From a virus (lineage: Duplodnaviria; Caudoviricetes): a DNA stretch of 61,187 nucleotides. The stretch covers positions 1 through 61,187 of the IMG/VR virus record IMGVR_UViG_3300021446_000106, one strand, 5' to 3'. Below, in pieces: positions 37,696-47,962 of this stretch (the first letter of the stretch is position 1; each line of letters starts with the position of its first letter). Made by a program: the position numbers and the translations under genes. A model generated the notes under the pieces. It was not told where the DNA came from and did no database searches. It was given only the letters and a program-made list of their open reading frames with translations.

Positions 37696-39108
37696 ATGGG
37701 AGCAGTTCAAGACCAAATACAACAGAAGGTAGAGGCCGGGGAGTACGAATTCGCTCTCGATAGTTCGAAGGCTGTCGTTCGGCAGTCTGGCGGCGGCGGT
37801 GGCACTCCACGACCAGAACAGGCACCAGCACAGGATATTGACCGGTTCCGGCGGATTGCCGATACTGACCCGCACATCAAAGAGGCTGTCAATACGCTGG
37901 TCGATTATCTGGTCGGGTCTGGGTTTACCGTTCGGCCCGCAAATATTCCGGGCACTGAGACAGAGCAGACTGACGAGGACATTGCAGAGCTCAAGCGCGC
38001 ACTTGAGGCGTCTGAGTTTGAAAGTGTCCTTTCGAATTGGGCTTGGCACGCACTCGTTGACGGCACGGGGTTCTTGGAGATAATCGTTGAGGATGACTAT
38101 TTCCGCCCAAAGGTGTTGCCGACGGAGGATATGGAAATCCAGACTGACGAGTTTGGCAATATCCAGTCTTACATTCAGAGCTCGGCAAATGGAGACGATA
38201 TTGAGTTTGATAAGCACGAGCTGGCAATCCTTCGGTTCCACCGGCATCCTGACGAAGACTTCGGGCACTCTGTCATTGAACCCGTGCAGGAACAAGTTGA
38301 CATCCTGCGCGACATGGAGATTGACACGGCGCGGTTTGTTGCCACAAAAGCGTACCCGCCAATTCTGTGGCAGTGTGGCAGCGAGGAACGGCCGTGGACG
38401 CAATCCGAGATTGATGACTGGCTCGATGAAATAGAAAGCATTGAGCCGGAGTCCATGCTGGCTGTGGGCCATGACGTTGATGCAGAACCTGTTGGGGTCA
38501 CGTCAACGTCCAGCACATCTGGCGCGATGCGGCTTGAGTCGACGTTCAAGCACTTCATGCGCCGTGTGGCGACCGGCATGGGGATTCCGGCAGACCTGTT
38601 AAACAATGACGTGCTGAATGGCAACGAGCTACAGGCCGTCATGCCAAAGTTTGACCGCCGCATCAAGCGCTATCAGAAGGTTATCAAGCACGCTGTTCGG
38701 TATCAGATTTTTCCGTCAATTCTGGGCGATTCGACGGCTGTTGAATACAGCGACCTCTTGCCAGAGTTTGAGTTTGGCAAGCATTCGTCCGAGGAAGAGC
38801 GGCTTGAGGCTGACCTTGCGCTGCGGCTGGTCAACAATGGGATGCTAACACGGGAGGCAGCGGCAAAGCGGCTGGGCATCGACCCAGAGACTGAGCTGCC
38901 GACTGATGAGACCCTTGATGAACAGGTCCAACTCATTAATGACCTTGCTGGCCGTGGCGACGATATTCAGAACCCGCAAGGTGGGCGCCCAACTGATACC
39001 GGCGGTGGAACACAGTCTGCTGGGCGCGAAGTCCAAACCCGCCAGAACCCGTCTGCTGATAACTCAGGCAACCAAGATAGACCACAACAGGGAGCTACAG
39101 AGGAGTGA
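37696..39108 (+). CDS. Portal protein
   Basis: Size, position after terL, DFGHS and GIPADLL motifs. Confidence 0.88.
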   Translation: MGAVQDQIQQKVEAGEYEFALDSSKAVVRQSGGGGGTPRPEQAPAQDIDRFRRIADTDPHIKEAVNTLVDYLVGSGFTVRPANIPGTETEQTDEDIAELKRALEASEFESVLSNWAWHALVDGTGFLEIIVEDDYFRPKVLPTEDMEIQTDEFGNIQSYIQSSANGDDIEFDKHELAILRFHRHPDEDFGHSVIEPVQEQVDILRDMEIDTARFVATKAYPPILWQCGSEERPWTQSEIDDWLDEIESIEPESMLAVGHDVDAEPVGVTSTSSTSGAMRLESTFKHFMRRVATGMGIPADLLNNDVLNGNELQAVMPKFDRRIKRYQKVIKHAVRYQIFPSILGDSTAVEYSDLLPEFEFGKHSSEEERLEADLALRLVNNGMLTREAAAKRLGIDPETELPTDETLDEQVQLINDLAGRGDDIQNPQGGRPTDTGGGTQSAGREVQTRQNPSADNSGNQDRPQQGATEE

Positions 39109-39113
39109 TGTAG

Positions 39114-39353
39114 ATGGACGAGGACGAAAAAGAACGGATATTATATCGTCTTGATGCACGGACAAAGCGTGTTGACGAAAACATAAATCGTATTGACGAG
39201 AAAGTGTCCGACAATGAAGACGATATTGAAGAGATTAAGACCGTTACTCTTAAAAACCGAAAAGACCTCAAGTATGGGAAAGGCGTGATAGGCTTTATCG
39301 CGTCGACGGTTGCGGGAATCGCGGCAAAGATTATTGGGATACTAAGTATCTAA
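39114..39353 (+). CDS. Coiled-coil protein with C-terminal TM helix
   Basis: Heptad-like N-terminus; hydrophobic C-terminus. Confidence 0.65.
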   Translation: MDEDEKERILYRLDARTKRVDENINRIDEKVSDNEDDIEEIKTVTLKNRKDLKYGKGVIGFIASTVAGIAAKIIGILSI

Positions 39354-39356
39354 AGT

Positions 39357-40010
39357 ATGACGTTAACAATAGACGACACCGACGGGAACTTCGGCATGAA
39401 CATCGAGTATTCGGTGTTGCCGACGGAGGCCCTTTCGGAGGGGTTTAACCAGTACGGTGTCCGCGAGAACGATGATGGGTCGGTCGATGTGCGCTTCAAC
39501 GCAATGGAGCCCGGCGTTCGGCGCGGTGTCGAAATAACTCCTGAATTTCTCAGGAGTGTAGCTGGGCCCAGCGGCAGAATTCCGCTCCAGATTGACCATT
39601 CGAAGAGCCAGCGTGCAAACGTTGGTGCCATCGAGGCAGAGAATGTCAAGTTTGGCGGCGACTTCCTGCAAGTCCAGACGCATATTCCAAATACCGGGTC
39701 CAGCATTCGTGATGACATTATTGCGGACTTTACGCATGAGCCGCCGCAGGTAACGGACATTTCGGTGGCGTTTGACCCGCAGACAATTGAGGTTGAGAAC
39801 CCGGGAGGCGCTGATAATCCGCGGTTTGTCGATGGCGAAATTCGAGAGTTCTCGCTGACCCCGTTCCCGGCTGGCTATGATAATGGCGGGCTGACGCCGG
39901 AGTTTAGTTCAGCAATTGAACAAGCAGTGCTTGACGATGATGGCGACGACACGGAGGAGTCCGCACGAAGCCGGCTTGTCGAGCGACCACACATATTAAT
40001 CCAAAACTAA
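39357..40010 (+). CDS. Prohead protease
   Basis: LQIDH, DISVAF, EFSLTPFPA. Confidence 0.85.
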   Translation: MTLTIDDTDGNFGMNIEYSVLPTEALSEGFNQYGVRENDDGSVDVRFNAMEPGVRRGVEITPEFLRSVAGPSGRIPLQIDHSKSQRANVGAIEAENVKFGGDFLQVQTHIPNTGSSIRDDIIADFTHEPPQVTDISVAFDPQTIEVENPGGADNPRFVDGEIREFSLTPFPAGYDNGGLTPEFSSAIEQAVLDDDGDDTEESARSRLVERPHILIQN

Positions 40011-40012
40011 TT

Positions 40013-40489
40013 ATGAGTAAGTTTACTGACCTCACGCTTGATACGAGCGTTGACGACATGACTGGTGACGAGGCAAAGGAGACCCTCAGCCAGTTCATGG
40101 AATCGCACCAGAAGAATCAGACCGCGTATGACGAGCTCCAGACGGAGTATTCGGAGGCGCAGGAAGAGTACGAAGCAAAGCTTGAAGAAAAGAGCGAGCG
40201 CATTGCGGAGTTCCGCAAAGAGAAGGCGAGGGCGGCGTCGGAGTACGTTCGGATGCCGGCCACGCTTCTTGCGGAGCGCTTTTCGATTTCCGAGCTGGAC
40301 CAGATTATTGAGGAAGGCGCCGAAGCAGAGTTCTCCAAAGACGAAGACGACGAGTCTGAGGAAATAGAAGACCTGACCACCTTCTCGCAGAAGGAAGAGA
40401 AGGGTAAGGCAGAGTCGGGCGGCAATGAGCAGGCCCGAGAACGTGCCCGCGACCGGCTTCGGTCGAAGGGCTTTCCCGGTGCGGAATAA
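40013..40489 (+). CDS. Scaffolding protein (putative)
   Basis: Acidic coiled coil between protease and capsid genes. Confidence 0.65.
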   Translation: MSKFTDLTLDTSVDDMTGDEAKETLSQFMESHQKNQTAYDELQTEYSEAQEEYEAKLEEKSERIAEFRKEKARAASEYVRMPATLLAERFSISELDQIIEEGAEAEFSKDEDDESEEIEDLTTFSQKEEKGKAESGGNEQARERARDRLRSKGFPGAE

Positions 40490-40502
40490 GGTGATATAAT
40501 AT

Positions 40503-40979
40503 ATGGCTAACCCTAAGATTGCAACTTCGGCTGAGCAGCCGATTAATTCTGATGGAGCCGTGGCGGCCGAGACTGGTGCTGAGGGCGACCTCGTTGGTCT
40601 CGACTCGAACGGCGACGTTGTTGTGGCCAACGCTGACAGTGGCACGCAGGTTGCCGCTGTTGGCGTGCTGGCAACTCCAGTTGATGACCCCGCGAACTAT
40701 CCGTCGGGGCAGTTCGAGTATGCGGCAAAGCTGGCTGAGGCGAATCGAGTAGCGGTTGACGACGGCAAGGTTGGGTACGTCTCCTACGGCGTGGAGATTT
40801 ATAACGACGACGAGGACTGGAACTTCACGCCCGGCGAACCCGTCTATCTGGACACGGGCGGCGGCTACACCCAGAGCGAGCCGGGTGCAACTGACGAAGT
40901 CCAGCAGTGTGTTGGCTACGCCGCGGAGGATGGGGAGACCGTCTTCCTTGACATCCAGCACGACTACACTACGGCCTAA
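40503..40979 (+). CDS. Capsid decoration/cement protein
   Basis: FTPGEPVYL...QCVGYA motif; immediately before the capsid gene. Confidence 0.7.
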   Translation: MANPKIATSAEQPINSDGAVAAETGAEGDLVGLDSNGDVVVANADSGTQVAAVGVLATPVDDPANYPSGQFEYAAKLAEANRVAVDDGKVGYVSYGVEIYNDDEDWNFTPGEPVYLDTGGGYTQSEPGATDEVQQCVGYAAEDGETVFLDIQHDYTTA

Positions 40980-40993
40980 CGAGGTAATTATTA

Positions 40994-42016
40994 ATGGCAC
41001 CTGACGGACACGAAATTCTGACGAAGGACGACGTTCCGCTGTACGAGCTTGGTGACACGGCCATGGAGATGATTGATGTCTTCAACGAGGAGGCATCGCG
41101 TGGCTTTGTCGATATGTTCTCCCGAGAGGTTGACTCGCGTACGTTTATTACGCGAACTGGCGACCTCGAATGGGAGGAGGTTGCTGAGCTTGAGCACGCG
41201 CGGACGGGTACGATTGATGACTACCAGATGGCGTTCAACGTCGATACCTACGCCCGTGACCTCGGGATGACGCGTGAGTTTGTTGAGGACTCGCCGCGCG
41301 ACTTTATCGAGGACCACATCGCGGAGATTGTCGAAGGCGGGCGCCAGAAGATGTTCGACGTTGTCTTCGACGTGCTGCGCAACGGTATCGCCGACGGGTC
41401 CCAGCTCTGGTATGACCCGGAGGACCACGGGGCGTACTCGTTCTCGCGGACGCACAATCACGTCTACACTGGTCTAAACAACGACGCGAACGACACGTCG
41501 GAGGTTCTGTTTAACGACGCCGATTCGCGCACGCCGACTGAGATTGTCCGCGAACTGTCGGGCGAGCTGACCCACCACGGGTACGAGCCTGATGCGGTCA
41601 TTACGACCCGCGAGATGGCGGATTACTTCATCGAGGAGCGGCACGACGGCTTCGGGTCACAGTTCCACGTCCCGCAGGCTGAGAACCTCGTTGACAACCC
41701 GACTGATAGGCCCATGGAGGTCATGCAGGTGAACGGTGCGACCATCATGCAGACGGCGTGGCTCAAGCCTGACAGCAATGGCGACCACCCGTTCTATCTG
41801 TACGATTCGAGCCAGAATCCTGTCTACACGAACACGGTTCGGGCCATGGAGCTCACTGATAATAGTGGTGCTCCGATTGGTGGCGCGGGCGGCTTCCGGG
41901 GCGACCCCGGCGCACTTCTCGGTACCTATGGCACGATGCGGTTTGGGAGCAAGTTTGCTGACCCGCTTGCCGGTGTCGAGCTGACTGTGACCGACGACGA
42001 AGTGTCGACCAGCTAA
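40994..42016 (+). CDS. Major capsid protein (HK97 fold inferred)
   Basis: 340 aa, GAGGT RBS, biased codon use, synteny. Confidence 0.85.
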   Translation: MAPDGHEILTKDDVPLYELGDTAMEMIDVFNEEASRGFVDMFSREVDSRTFITRTGDLEWEEVAELEHARTGTIDDYQMAFNVDTYARDLGMTREFVEDSPRDFIEDHIAEIVEGGRQKMFDVVFDVLRNGIADGSQLWYDPEDHGAYSFSRTHNHVYTGLNNDANDTSEVLFNDADSRTPTEIVRELSGELTHHGYEPDAVITTREMADYFIEERHDGFGSQFHVPQAENLVDNPTDRPMEVMQVNGATIMQTAWLKPDSNGDHPFYLYDSSQNPVYTNTVRAMELTDNSGAPIGGAGGFRGDPGALLGTYGTMRFGSKFADPLAGVELTVTDDEVSTS

Positions 42017-42039
42017 ATCTAACCAAAGGTTAAACCAGA

Positions 42040-42444
42040 ATGGCAACCACAGACACTGAGCTCATTGCCGAAGTCAGAGCGCTTACTGATTATCCGGCAG
42101 ATGTTATGTCTGATGCGGACATTCAGAAGCTTGTTGACATCGGCAAGGAGGAGCTCCGGGCAAGTTTTGGCGACCCAAGCTACGTTTTTTACACGGGCGA
42201 CCAGAGTGCTGACCGGGCGCTGTTCTGGTTTACCTGTCTGGGAACAAAGATTAAAGCCGGCGAGATTGCGTCAGTAAATCTTGAAATTGCTGACATCATT
42301 GCCCAGAAGCCGGCACAGGGGCACTACGATGTGTGGTTTGAGTTATTCCGCGCTCGCTTAAAAGAGGCTGAGCGTGCGGTGCGGGATGAAGCCGGGCCTG
42401 CACAGGCGGAGCTTGAACGAGAGAACCGTAGCTATGGACAATGA
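42040..42444 (+). CDS. Head-tail adaptor (putative)
   Basis: EVRALTD...SDADI; synteny. Confidence 0.65.
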   Translation: MATTDTELIAEVRALTDYPADVMSDADIQKLVDIGKEELRASFGDPSYVFYTGDQSADRALFWFTCLGTKIKAGEIASVNLEIADIIAQKPAQGHYDVWFELFRARLKEAERAVRDEAGPAQAELERENRSYGQ

Positions 42445-42821
42445 CAGGACCGCTGCTTGGTGGCAACCGGACGACTGTTTCAGCAATCATTTATCGGACG
42501 GGAAACGAAGCAACAATCCGTCGTCCTGATGGGAATGCGACAGAAAACCGCTACGGGAAGGTTACTGACACAGACGTGACGTACTCGGCACAGGCGACTG
42601 AACGGTTCCGGCGCATCTATCAAACCGAAAGCGAACCGGGGTCGGAACAGTTTGTTGCTGGTGGTCGGGTGTCTGATGAGGAACCGGGCATTGCGGCACG
42701 ATATAATACGGTTGCGCAAGAAGGCGACCGGCTCCTGTTTGAAGACGGCAACGAGTACACGTTAGACAGCCGCGTCGACCGAGATACACACGTCGAGTTT
42801 CGAACGACATTAGTGACATAA
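42441..42821 (+). CDS. Head closure protein (putative)
   Basis: EGDRL...EY beta-rich pattern; synteny. Confidence 0.6.
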   Translation: MTGPLLGGNRTTVSAIIYRTGNEATIRRPDGNATENRYGKVTDTDVTYSAQATERFRRIYQTESEPGSEQFVAGGRVSDEEPGIAARYNTVAQEGDRLLFEDGNEYTLDSRVDRDTHVEFRTTLVT

Positions 42822-44245
42822 TGGGCGACCTTGAGATAGATGTTACTGTTCGGAACAAGGACGTTGTCGATGACATTGAGGATAGCATCGAAGACGGTAT
42901 TGAAAACGCGCTGAAACCATCGCGCCCAGACAGTCTGGGGAAGCGGATGGAGCGCGCTATGCAAGAGTATCTTCGTCAGCGAGGGAAGGTGTGGACAACG
43001 GAACTTGTCAATTCATTTGACATTAGCTTTGAGGTTCGGAACGGTATTTGGGTCATGCTCGTGCAGAACGACGCTGAACACGCCGCGCCCATGGATACCG
43101 GTGCCCGATACGGTGCAAAAGGGCCGCCGCTTGCTAAGCTAATTCCGTGGGTCCAACAGAAGATGCGTGGCTACCGCGTTGAGGGTGGCCAGCTGGTCGT
43201 CTACAATGATTCCCCAACGGTAATGACAGATGGGGGCACACCGTCGCAAGAGCCCTCGAAGGAACACGTCACGCTGTCGTTGCCAGATGACCTGCAAGTT
43301 GACAACGTGCAAACGTTTGAAGAAGCCGGAATGGCGGGCGGCGTCAACATCGAAAACTCATATTATGTTGAGTTTGAAAATGGCGACTTTGCATACTTTA
43401 GTGGAAATATTAACGTTGGCGACTTCGGGTCAGACCCCGGCACCGTAAGAAACGAACAAGTCTTTACGCGCATTTCAGAAGAGCTTGGGTGGCAGCTTGG
43501 GCCAGAGAACAAACGCGGTGCAATCATTGACCCAGAAGAAGGGTCGCTTACACCGGGCAATTTCCAGCGGTGGGTTGACAATAGCGTCGACCTGCAAAAC
43601 GACATCTATGATGGGCGGTTTGGAAAGCCCGCAGATTACGAGTATACTGCGCCCGAGTTTTTGGACGAGCACGGCGAATGGCTGGCCAAAACGCAAGCTG
43701 TTGACGCAATTGTTGGCAACACAGACCGACATCTTGCAAACGCCAAACTTGATGACGAGAACGTGCCGCACGCAATTGACAACGGCGGACACCATTTGCC
43801 AACCGGCTCTGCTGTCGAAGATAGAATTGACATTGGTTCAGTCTTGCCACCGTCTGAGTTTGAAAACTTGAGCGAATTCCCTGAGCTTGAGGCAAAGCTG
43901 GAAGACTACTTCGAACAACAGCGCGCGTTCCTGCGGGACATACTTGAGAATCACGGCGATGCTATCATTGAACACGTAAAAGACGTGCACGGAGAGAAAG
44001 ACCCCTTAGTGCTCCGTATGGAAGAGCTGGTAGAGGCTGACGTAGACAACATCATTAAGGATATCGAAATTGCACAGTCGGGGCTGTTAGACACGCTTGC
44101 TGGTCGTGACGACATGGACCCCAAACAGCAGTATGCGTCAACAGTAAACACGCTGGAGGCATCGACTGGCTTAGATGCTGATGAAATCTTTGCTGACATT
44201 AGTGATACTGTTGACAAGATACTGAAAGACTTCGATGATTTATGA
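42821..44245 (+). CDS. HK97 gp10-like neck N-terminal half fused to HipA/PI3-PI4-kinase-like domain
   Basis: WTTELVNS...HAAPMDTG...PP...LIPWV, then RNE, FQRWV, DAIVGNTDRHLAN, AIDNG. Confidence 0.8.
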   Translation: MGDLEIDVTVRNKDVVDDIEDSIEDGIENALKPSRPDSLGKRMERAMQEYLRQRGKVWTTELVNSFDISFEVRNGIWVMLVQNDAEHAAPMDTGARYGAKGPPLAKLIPWVQQKMRGYRVEGGQLVVYNDSPTVMTDGGTPSQEPSKEHVTLSLPDDLQVDNVQTFEEAGMAGGVNIENSYYVEFENGDFAYFSGNINVGDFGSDPGTVRNEQVFTRISEELGWQLGPENKRGAIIDPEEGSLTPGNFQRWVDNSVDLQNDIYDGRFGKPADYEYTAPEFLDEHGEWLAKTQAVDAIVGNTDRHLANAKLDDENVPHAIDNGGHHLPTGSAVEDRIDIGSVLPPSEFENLSEFPELEAKLEDYFEQQRAFLRDILENHGDAIIEHVKDVHGEKDPLVLRMEELVEADVDNIIKDIEIAQSGLLDTLAGRDDMDPKQQYASTVNTLEASTGLDADEIFADISDTVDKILKDFDDL

Positions 44246-44463
44246 TTGAGGTGTATCGGTACGACCGGCAAAATGAGCAGGCTGGGCTTTCGTTTCGTAT
44301 CAACAACGATGCAACGGTCGACGGGAGCGACAAGAACGCAAACCGTGTGCGGCAGATACTCAGCAACTATGCCGGTGACCCCGTGGCCGACCTGAACTAT
44401 ATCGAGGACATTATCGAAGCGCGCTACAATAATCAGTATTATGCCACAAACCGTCAATCTTGA
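44242..44463 (+). CDS. Small protein coupled to the kinase gene
   Basis: ATGA overlap. Confidence 0.65.
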   Translation: MIEVYRYDRQNEQAGLSFRINNDATVDGSDKNANRVRQILSNYAGDPVADLNYIEDIIEARYNNQYYATNRQS

Positions 44464-44629
44464 AAATTACGACGAGGAAGTTGTGGCAAAAGCCTTCTGG
44501 CTACAGGAACACATCCGCCGCACGGGTCTCGACGGTGTCAACTACTCTGCAGTTGGCGAGGGTGTTGCCGAGAATGTTGGCGACGATGTTGTTGCAAACG
44601 AAATCGATAAGGAACTCAAGTCGCTATGA
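44441..44629 (+). CDS. Probable detached C-terminal half of the gp10-like neck protein
   Basis: AKAFWLQEHIRRTG matches the AF.I...I...G segment that normally follows PP..WV. Confidence 0.6.
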   Translation: MPQTVNLENYDEEVVAKAFWLQEHIRRTGLDGVNYSAVGEGVAENVGDDVVANEIDKELKSL

Positions 44630-45372
44630 AAGAGTACGATATACTCAAGTATCTCCTGTTGGACATTGAGAACGCGACAAGCGCGAGCGTCGATGTCCGA
44701 ACAGAAGGGGGCGACCAGAGCGCGGACCCGCCGGAAGTGGTCGTGTCGTGGAGCTCGGAGCGGCTTGACAGTTATGCAGGCCATCGGCCGCCAACAGAGA
44801 CACTTAGAGACGCTAATGGTAATGCAAATGGTAAGCGCCACCAAGCGTACTTTGAGATGACCGCTGATATTCTGGTTCGGCACACGGACGAGTTCCAGCG
44901 GGACACAATACTTGACGAACTACACACCTACTTTGTGCCATGTGAGGCCGACCCGTCACTCTTTGACGAAGACACTGCGCAATGGCGGATTGGTGTGAGT
45001 GGACCGCGTGGTGTCGCGTTCGTTGAGCCAGACTGGTATGAATCTGGTATTCCGTTGTCGTTTGTCTACAAGAAAGACATTGACGTGACAGACAGCGGAC
45101 GCCTGCCCGATACCATTGAGTCGATAGATATTGCTGTTAACGATAGAACGTTGTACGTGCCGCCAAACACGACATATACGATTCCGCAAGAAGCCACTCG
45201 ATATTATCGGCTTGTTGATGTTGACGGTACGTTGGAAATAAACGGCACACTGTATGCGCAAAAGACAAGCATTGGCGATGGAACGCTGGTCTTTAGCGAT
45301 TCGGGCAAGCTGGTCGCTGACGACACGCCGTATGATGAGATTGACGGCACGGAAAGCAAGACACTAACTTAA
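44626..45372 (+). CDS. Tail terminator/completion protein (putative)
   Basis: Position before the sheath gene. Confidence 0.6.
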   Translation: MKEYDILKYLLLDIENATSASVDVRTEGGDQSADPPEVVVSWSSERLDSYAGHRPPTETLRDANGNANGKRHQAYFEMTADILVRHTDEFQRDTILDELHTYFVPCEADPSLFDEDTAQWRIGVSGPRGVAFVEPDWYESGIPLSFVYKKDIDVTDSGRLPDTIESIDIAVNDRTLYVPPNTTYTIPQEATRYYRLVDVDGTLEINGTLYAQKTSIGDGTLVFSDSGKLVADDTPYDEIDGTESKTLT

Positions 45373-45377
45373 TATAC

Positions 45378-46748
45378 ATGGTTACGATTGGAACTGACGC
45401 TCTTCCGGGCACGATTACAACTGTCGACAGCACGGATAACGTTGGGCGCGTCTTGACTGCGCCTGCGGTGCCGGTGCTTGTTGGGCAGGCGTATCTGTCG
45501 GAGGGCAATGCAAATGCAGATGAGGTGTATCGTATTAGCCGCGCCAGTCGCGCGTCGTCTCTCTTTGGGCCGTCGGACAAAAGTATGCTGACGCACGCGC
45601 TTCACGGAGCACTGACTGAGGGAGCAAGTGTTGTCTACGCCGTGGCAGCCACCGAACAGGATGTTTCGGGTGAAGACCTGAGCGGTGCTTCGGGAACGGG
45701 ACACACGCTGGCAAACGCGCCGGTTGTCGAAAATGCCGAAGACGTGACGTTTACGATTAATTCGACAACCAAAGACACGGTCCTCTACTACGATGGCGAC
45801 CCGTCAAATGCGTCTCCCGGTAGCGATGAGGTCTATCTGAACCCGCAGACCGGCAAGTTTGAAGCCGACGAGTCGCTGGGGAACACTGGCGACGAGGCTG
45901 ATTACAGCTACGCTGACTATACAGATACGTTCGACCAGATTGACACGGCAACTATCCTTGATGGCGACACGTACCTGCGTAGTGTAGCCGATTTCATTGC
46001 TGTTGTTGATGAGAACAACGGGCCGGTTACGGATGCCAAGGACAAGTCCGAGTCCATGGAGCAGGAAGGCTGGTTCAACATTGCTGTCGGCGGGGCTGGC
46101 GAGCCGTACATTGTTGACAAGGAAACGAACACTGACGACACGGCGAGCTACTCGAATCCGTTTGACACGTCGCGGGCGCAGCTTGTGTACCCGACGCGCG
46201 ATAGTGATGACAACACGATTATTGGCGAGTACGTTGGGGTTCGAGCGCAGCTCGGCATCGATGAAATCCCAATGTTTAGTCGGTTCTCGTCTGTCACGTC
46301 GCTACACACGACGCTCTCACGGTCGGAACAGGAGAATCTTGTCAATGCATATGTGAACCCGCTGGAACCCCGCCGGGCCAGTGTGCGTATTGTTGACGAC
46401 CTGACGACCGTTTCAGATAGTAACGCTGAGGGCGCAGCATGGCGACGCGGGTTTGCACGGCTCGTGACTGACTATGTAACTGAGCGCGCCGATGAACGTG
46501 CTGAGCCGTTTGTTGGTGACTTTAACGAGCGAAGTGTCTTGAATGCGCTTCGGGGCAACGTCTCGTCTGACCTCAAAGACTTATATGAGTCGGGCCAGAT
46601 TGAGGGGTATAGTCTTGTTGTTGAGAAGTCGGATTCGTTGAATGCCATTCTCGACATTGGTATCGAGACGGCTAAACCGCTGCGCAACATTGAGATTACG
46701 GTGACTGCTGGCGACGTTGCTGGCAGCGCAACTGGAGGGACCAACTAA
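45378..46748 (+). CDS. Tail sheath protein
   Basis: LPG start, VNPL, FVG.FN, KPLRNI; followed by a tube-sized gene. Confidence 0.88.
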   Translation: MVTIGTDALPGTITTVDSTDNVGRVLTAPAVPVLVGQAYLSEGNANADEVYRISRASRASSLFGPSDKSMLTHALHGALTEGASVVYAVAATEQDVSGEDLSGASGTGHTLANAPVVENAEDVTFTINSTTKDTVLYYDGDPSNASPGSDEVYLNPQTGKFEADESLGNTGDEADYSYADYTDTFDQIDTATILDGDTYLRSVADFIAVVDENNGPVTDAKDKSESMEQEGWFNIAVGGAGEPYIVDKETNTDDTASYSNPFDTSRAQLVYPTRDSDDNTIIGEYVGVRAQLGIDEIPMFSRFSSVTSLHTTLSRSEQENLVNAYVNPLEPRRASVRIVDDLTTVSDSNAEGAAWRRGFARLVTDYVTERADERAEPFVGDFNERSVLNALRGNVSSDLKDLYESGQIEGYSLVVEKSDSLNAILDIGIETAKPLRNIEITVTAGDVAGSATGGTN

Positions 46749-47167
46749 TGGCTGACCGAAAAGAGGCTGCGGCAGACATCATTGTCTCGCTTGAGAATGA
46801 GGGCGAGATTGTTGTCGAGCAGCTGTCGCTGACCAAGGAAGTTGACATTGAGACCATCTACGGTTCCGGCCGCACCCTGCCCGACGCCTATTCGATTAAT
46901 CAGGTGTCGTATCAGGGGTCGATGGAGCTGATGGGGAACAAGCTTGAGCTTGAGGAACAGCTGTTCGATAACAACGGGATTCCCGTTGACGTAACGATTA
47001 ACATTACGCACTTCAATGGCGAACTAACCTCGTTTACCCAAGTGCTGGCAACGAGCGAAGGGTACGAGATGAGTGCGGGCGAAACCACGACGACTTCGTT
47101 CGAATTCGTTGCAATGGGCAAGGAGCACGCCGGCAACGCTGACGCTGAGCCGACTGACCTGCCCTAA
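46748..47167 (+). CDS. Tail tube protein
   Basis: 139 aa after sheath; YQGSM, FEFVA. Confidence 0.8.
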   Translation: MADRKEAAADIIVSLENEGEIVVEQLSLTKEVDIETIYGSGRTLPDAYSINQVSYQGSMELMGNKLELEEQLFDNNGIPVDVTINITHFNGELTSFTQVLATSEGYEMSAGETTTTSFEFVAMGKEHAGNADAEPTDLP

Positions 47168-47223
47168 GCGAAGCTGGGCGTTCCTGCGGATACCTTTTTC
47201 TCTTACCGGGGAGAATACTTATT

Positions 47224-47727
47224 ATGACTGAATCAGCACGTAGTCAATCGAAACTACACGAGATGGTCGTCCGGGGTACAGAATACAGAGAAGAAGAGAC
47301 AATTGAGCTCTACGGAGAAGAAATATCCGTTATTATTCGTCCGCTTGTCGATGATGAATTTCTCCCGATTGCGGCCTTCCTGTCAGAGCACCTTGACCTC
47401 GACACCGAAGCCGATGAAGCGGTGTCGGAATCTATCGAGAAATTAGAGGAAGCGCAGGAGGATGAGGACATCGACATGGAAAAACTTGATGAAGAGTTTG
47501 TGGCGGCAATGCAGCGCGCGGCTGTGCTCGGACTTGCTGGCGCCTTCGATGAAGAGGGGAACGAAGTGACCCATGACCGCGACGAAGCTGAGTTTATTGT
47601 CGAGAATATGATGGGTGGCTCTTCGGTCGAACTTGGCGGTCGCGTCCTTGAAATCTCGGGTGATATTCGGGATGCCGAAAAATTTCGTGGAGGCCGGGGG
47701 CGCGTCGCAGATACTCGCAATAGCTGA
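47224..47727 (+). CDS. Tail assembly chaperone
   Basis: Between tube and tape measure; ends ...EKFR. Confidence 0.75.
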   Translation: MTESARSQSKLHEMVVRGTEYREEETIELYGEEISVIIRPLVDDEFLPIAAFLSEHLDLDTEADEAVSESIEKLEEAQEDEDIDMEKLDEEFVAAMQRAAVLGLAGAFDEEGNEVTHDRDEAEFIVENMMGGSSVELGGRVLEISGDIRDAEKFRGGRGRVADTRNS

Positions 47728-47962
47728 CCAAGGAGGCGTCCCGCTCGTACAAGAACAGCGCTTTCTGACCCCCTTCCAACGGATGGTCATCACACTTGGA
47801 ATAGAAAAGGCGCAGGAAGAAGGCGGGCGCAAGGGGGGTTCTGCACGAAACGGGGGCATGACCAAGAATAGCATGGCCCGTTCTCGCGGCAGCCCGATGG
47901 ATAGAGCAACCGGGGAAACAGTCCAATATGTCAATAAAGGAATAGACGATGGCGGAAACTGA
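47683..47962 (+). CDS. +1 frameshift extension of the tail chaperone
   Basis: In-frame TTT CGT at 47683-47688; the +1 frame stays open to 47962. Confidence 0.7.
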
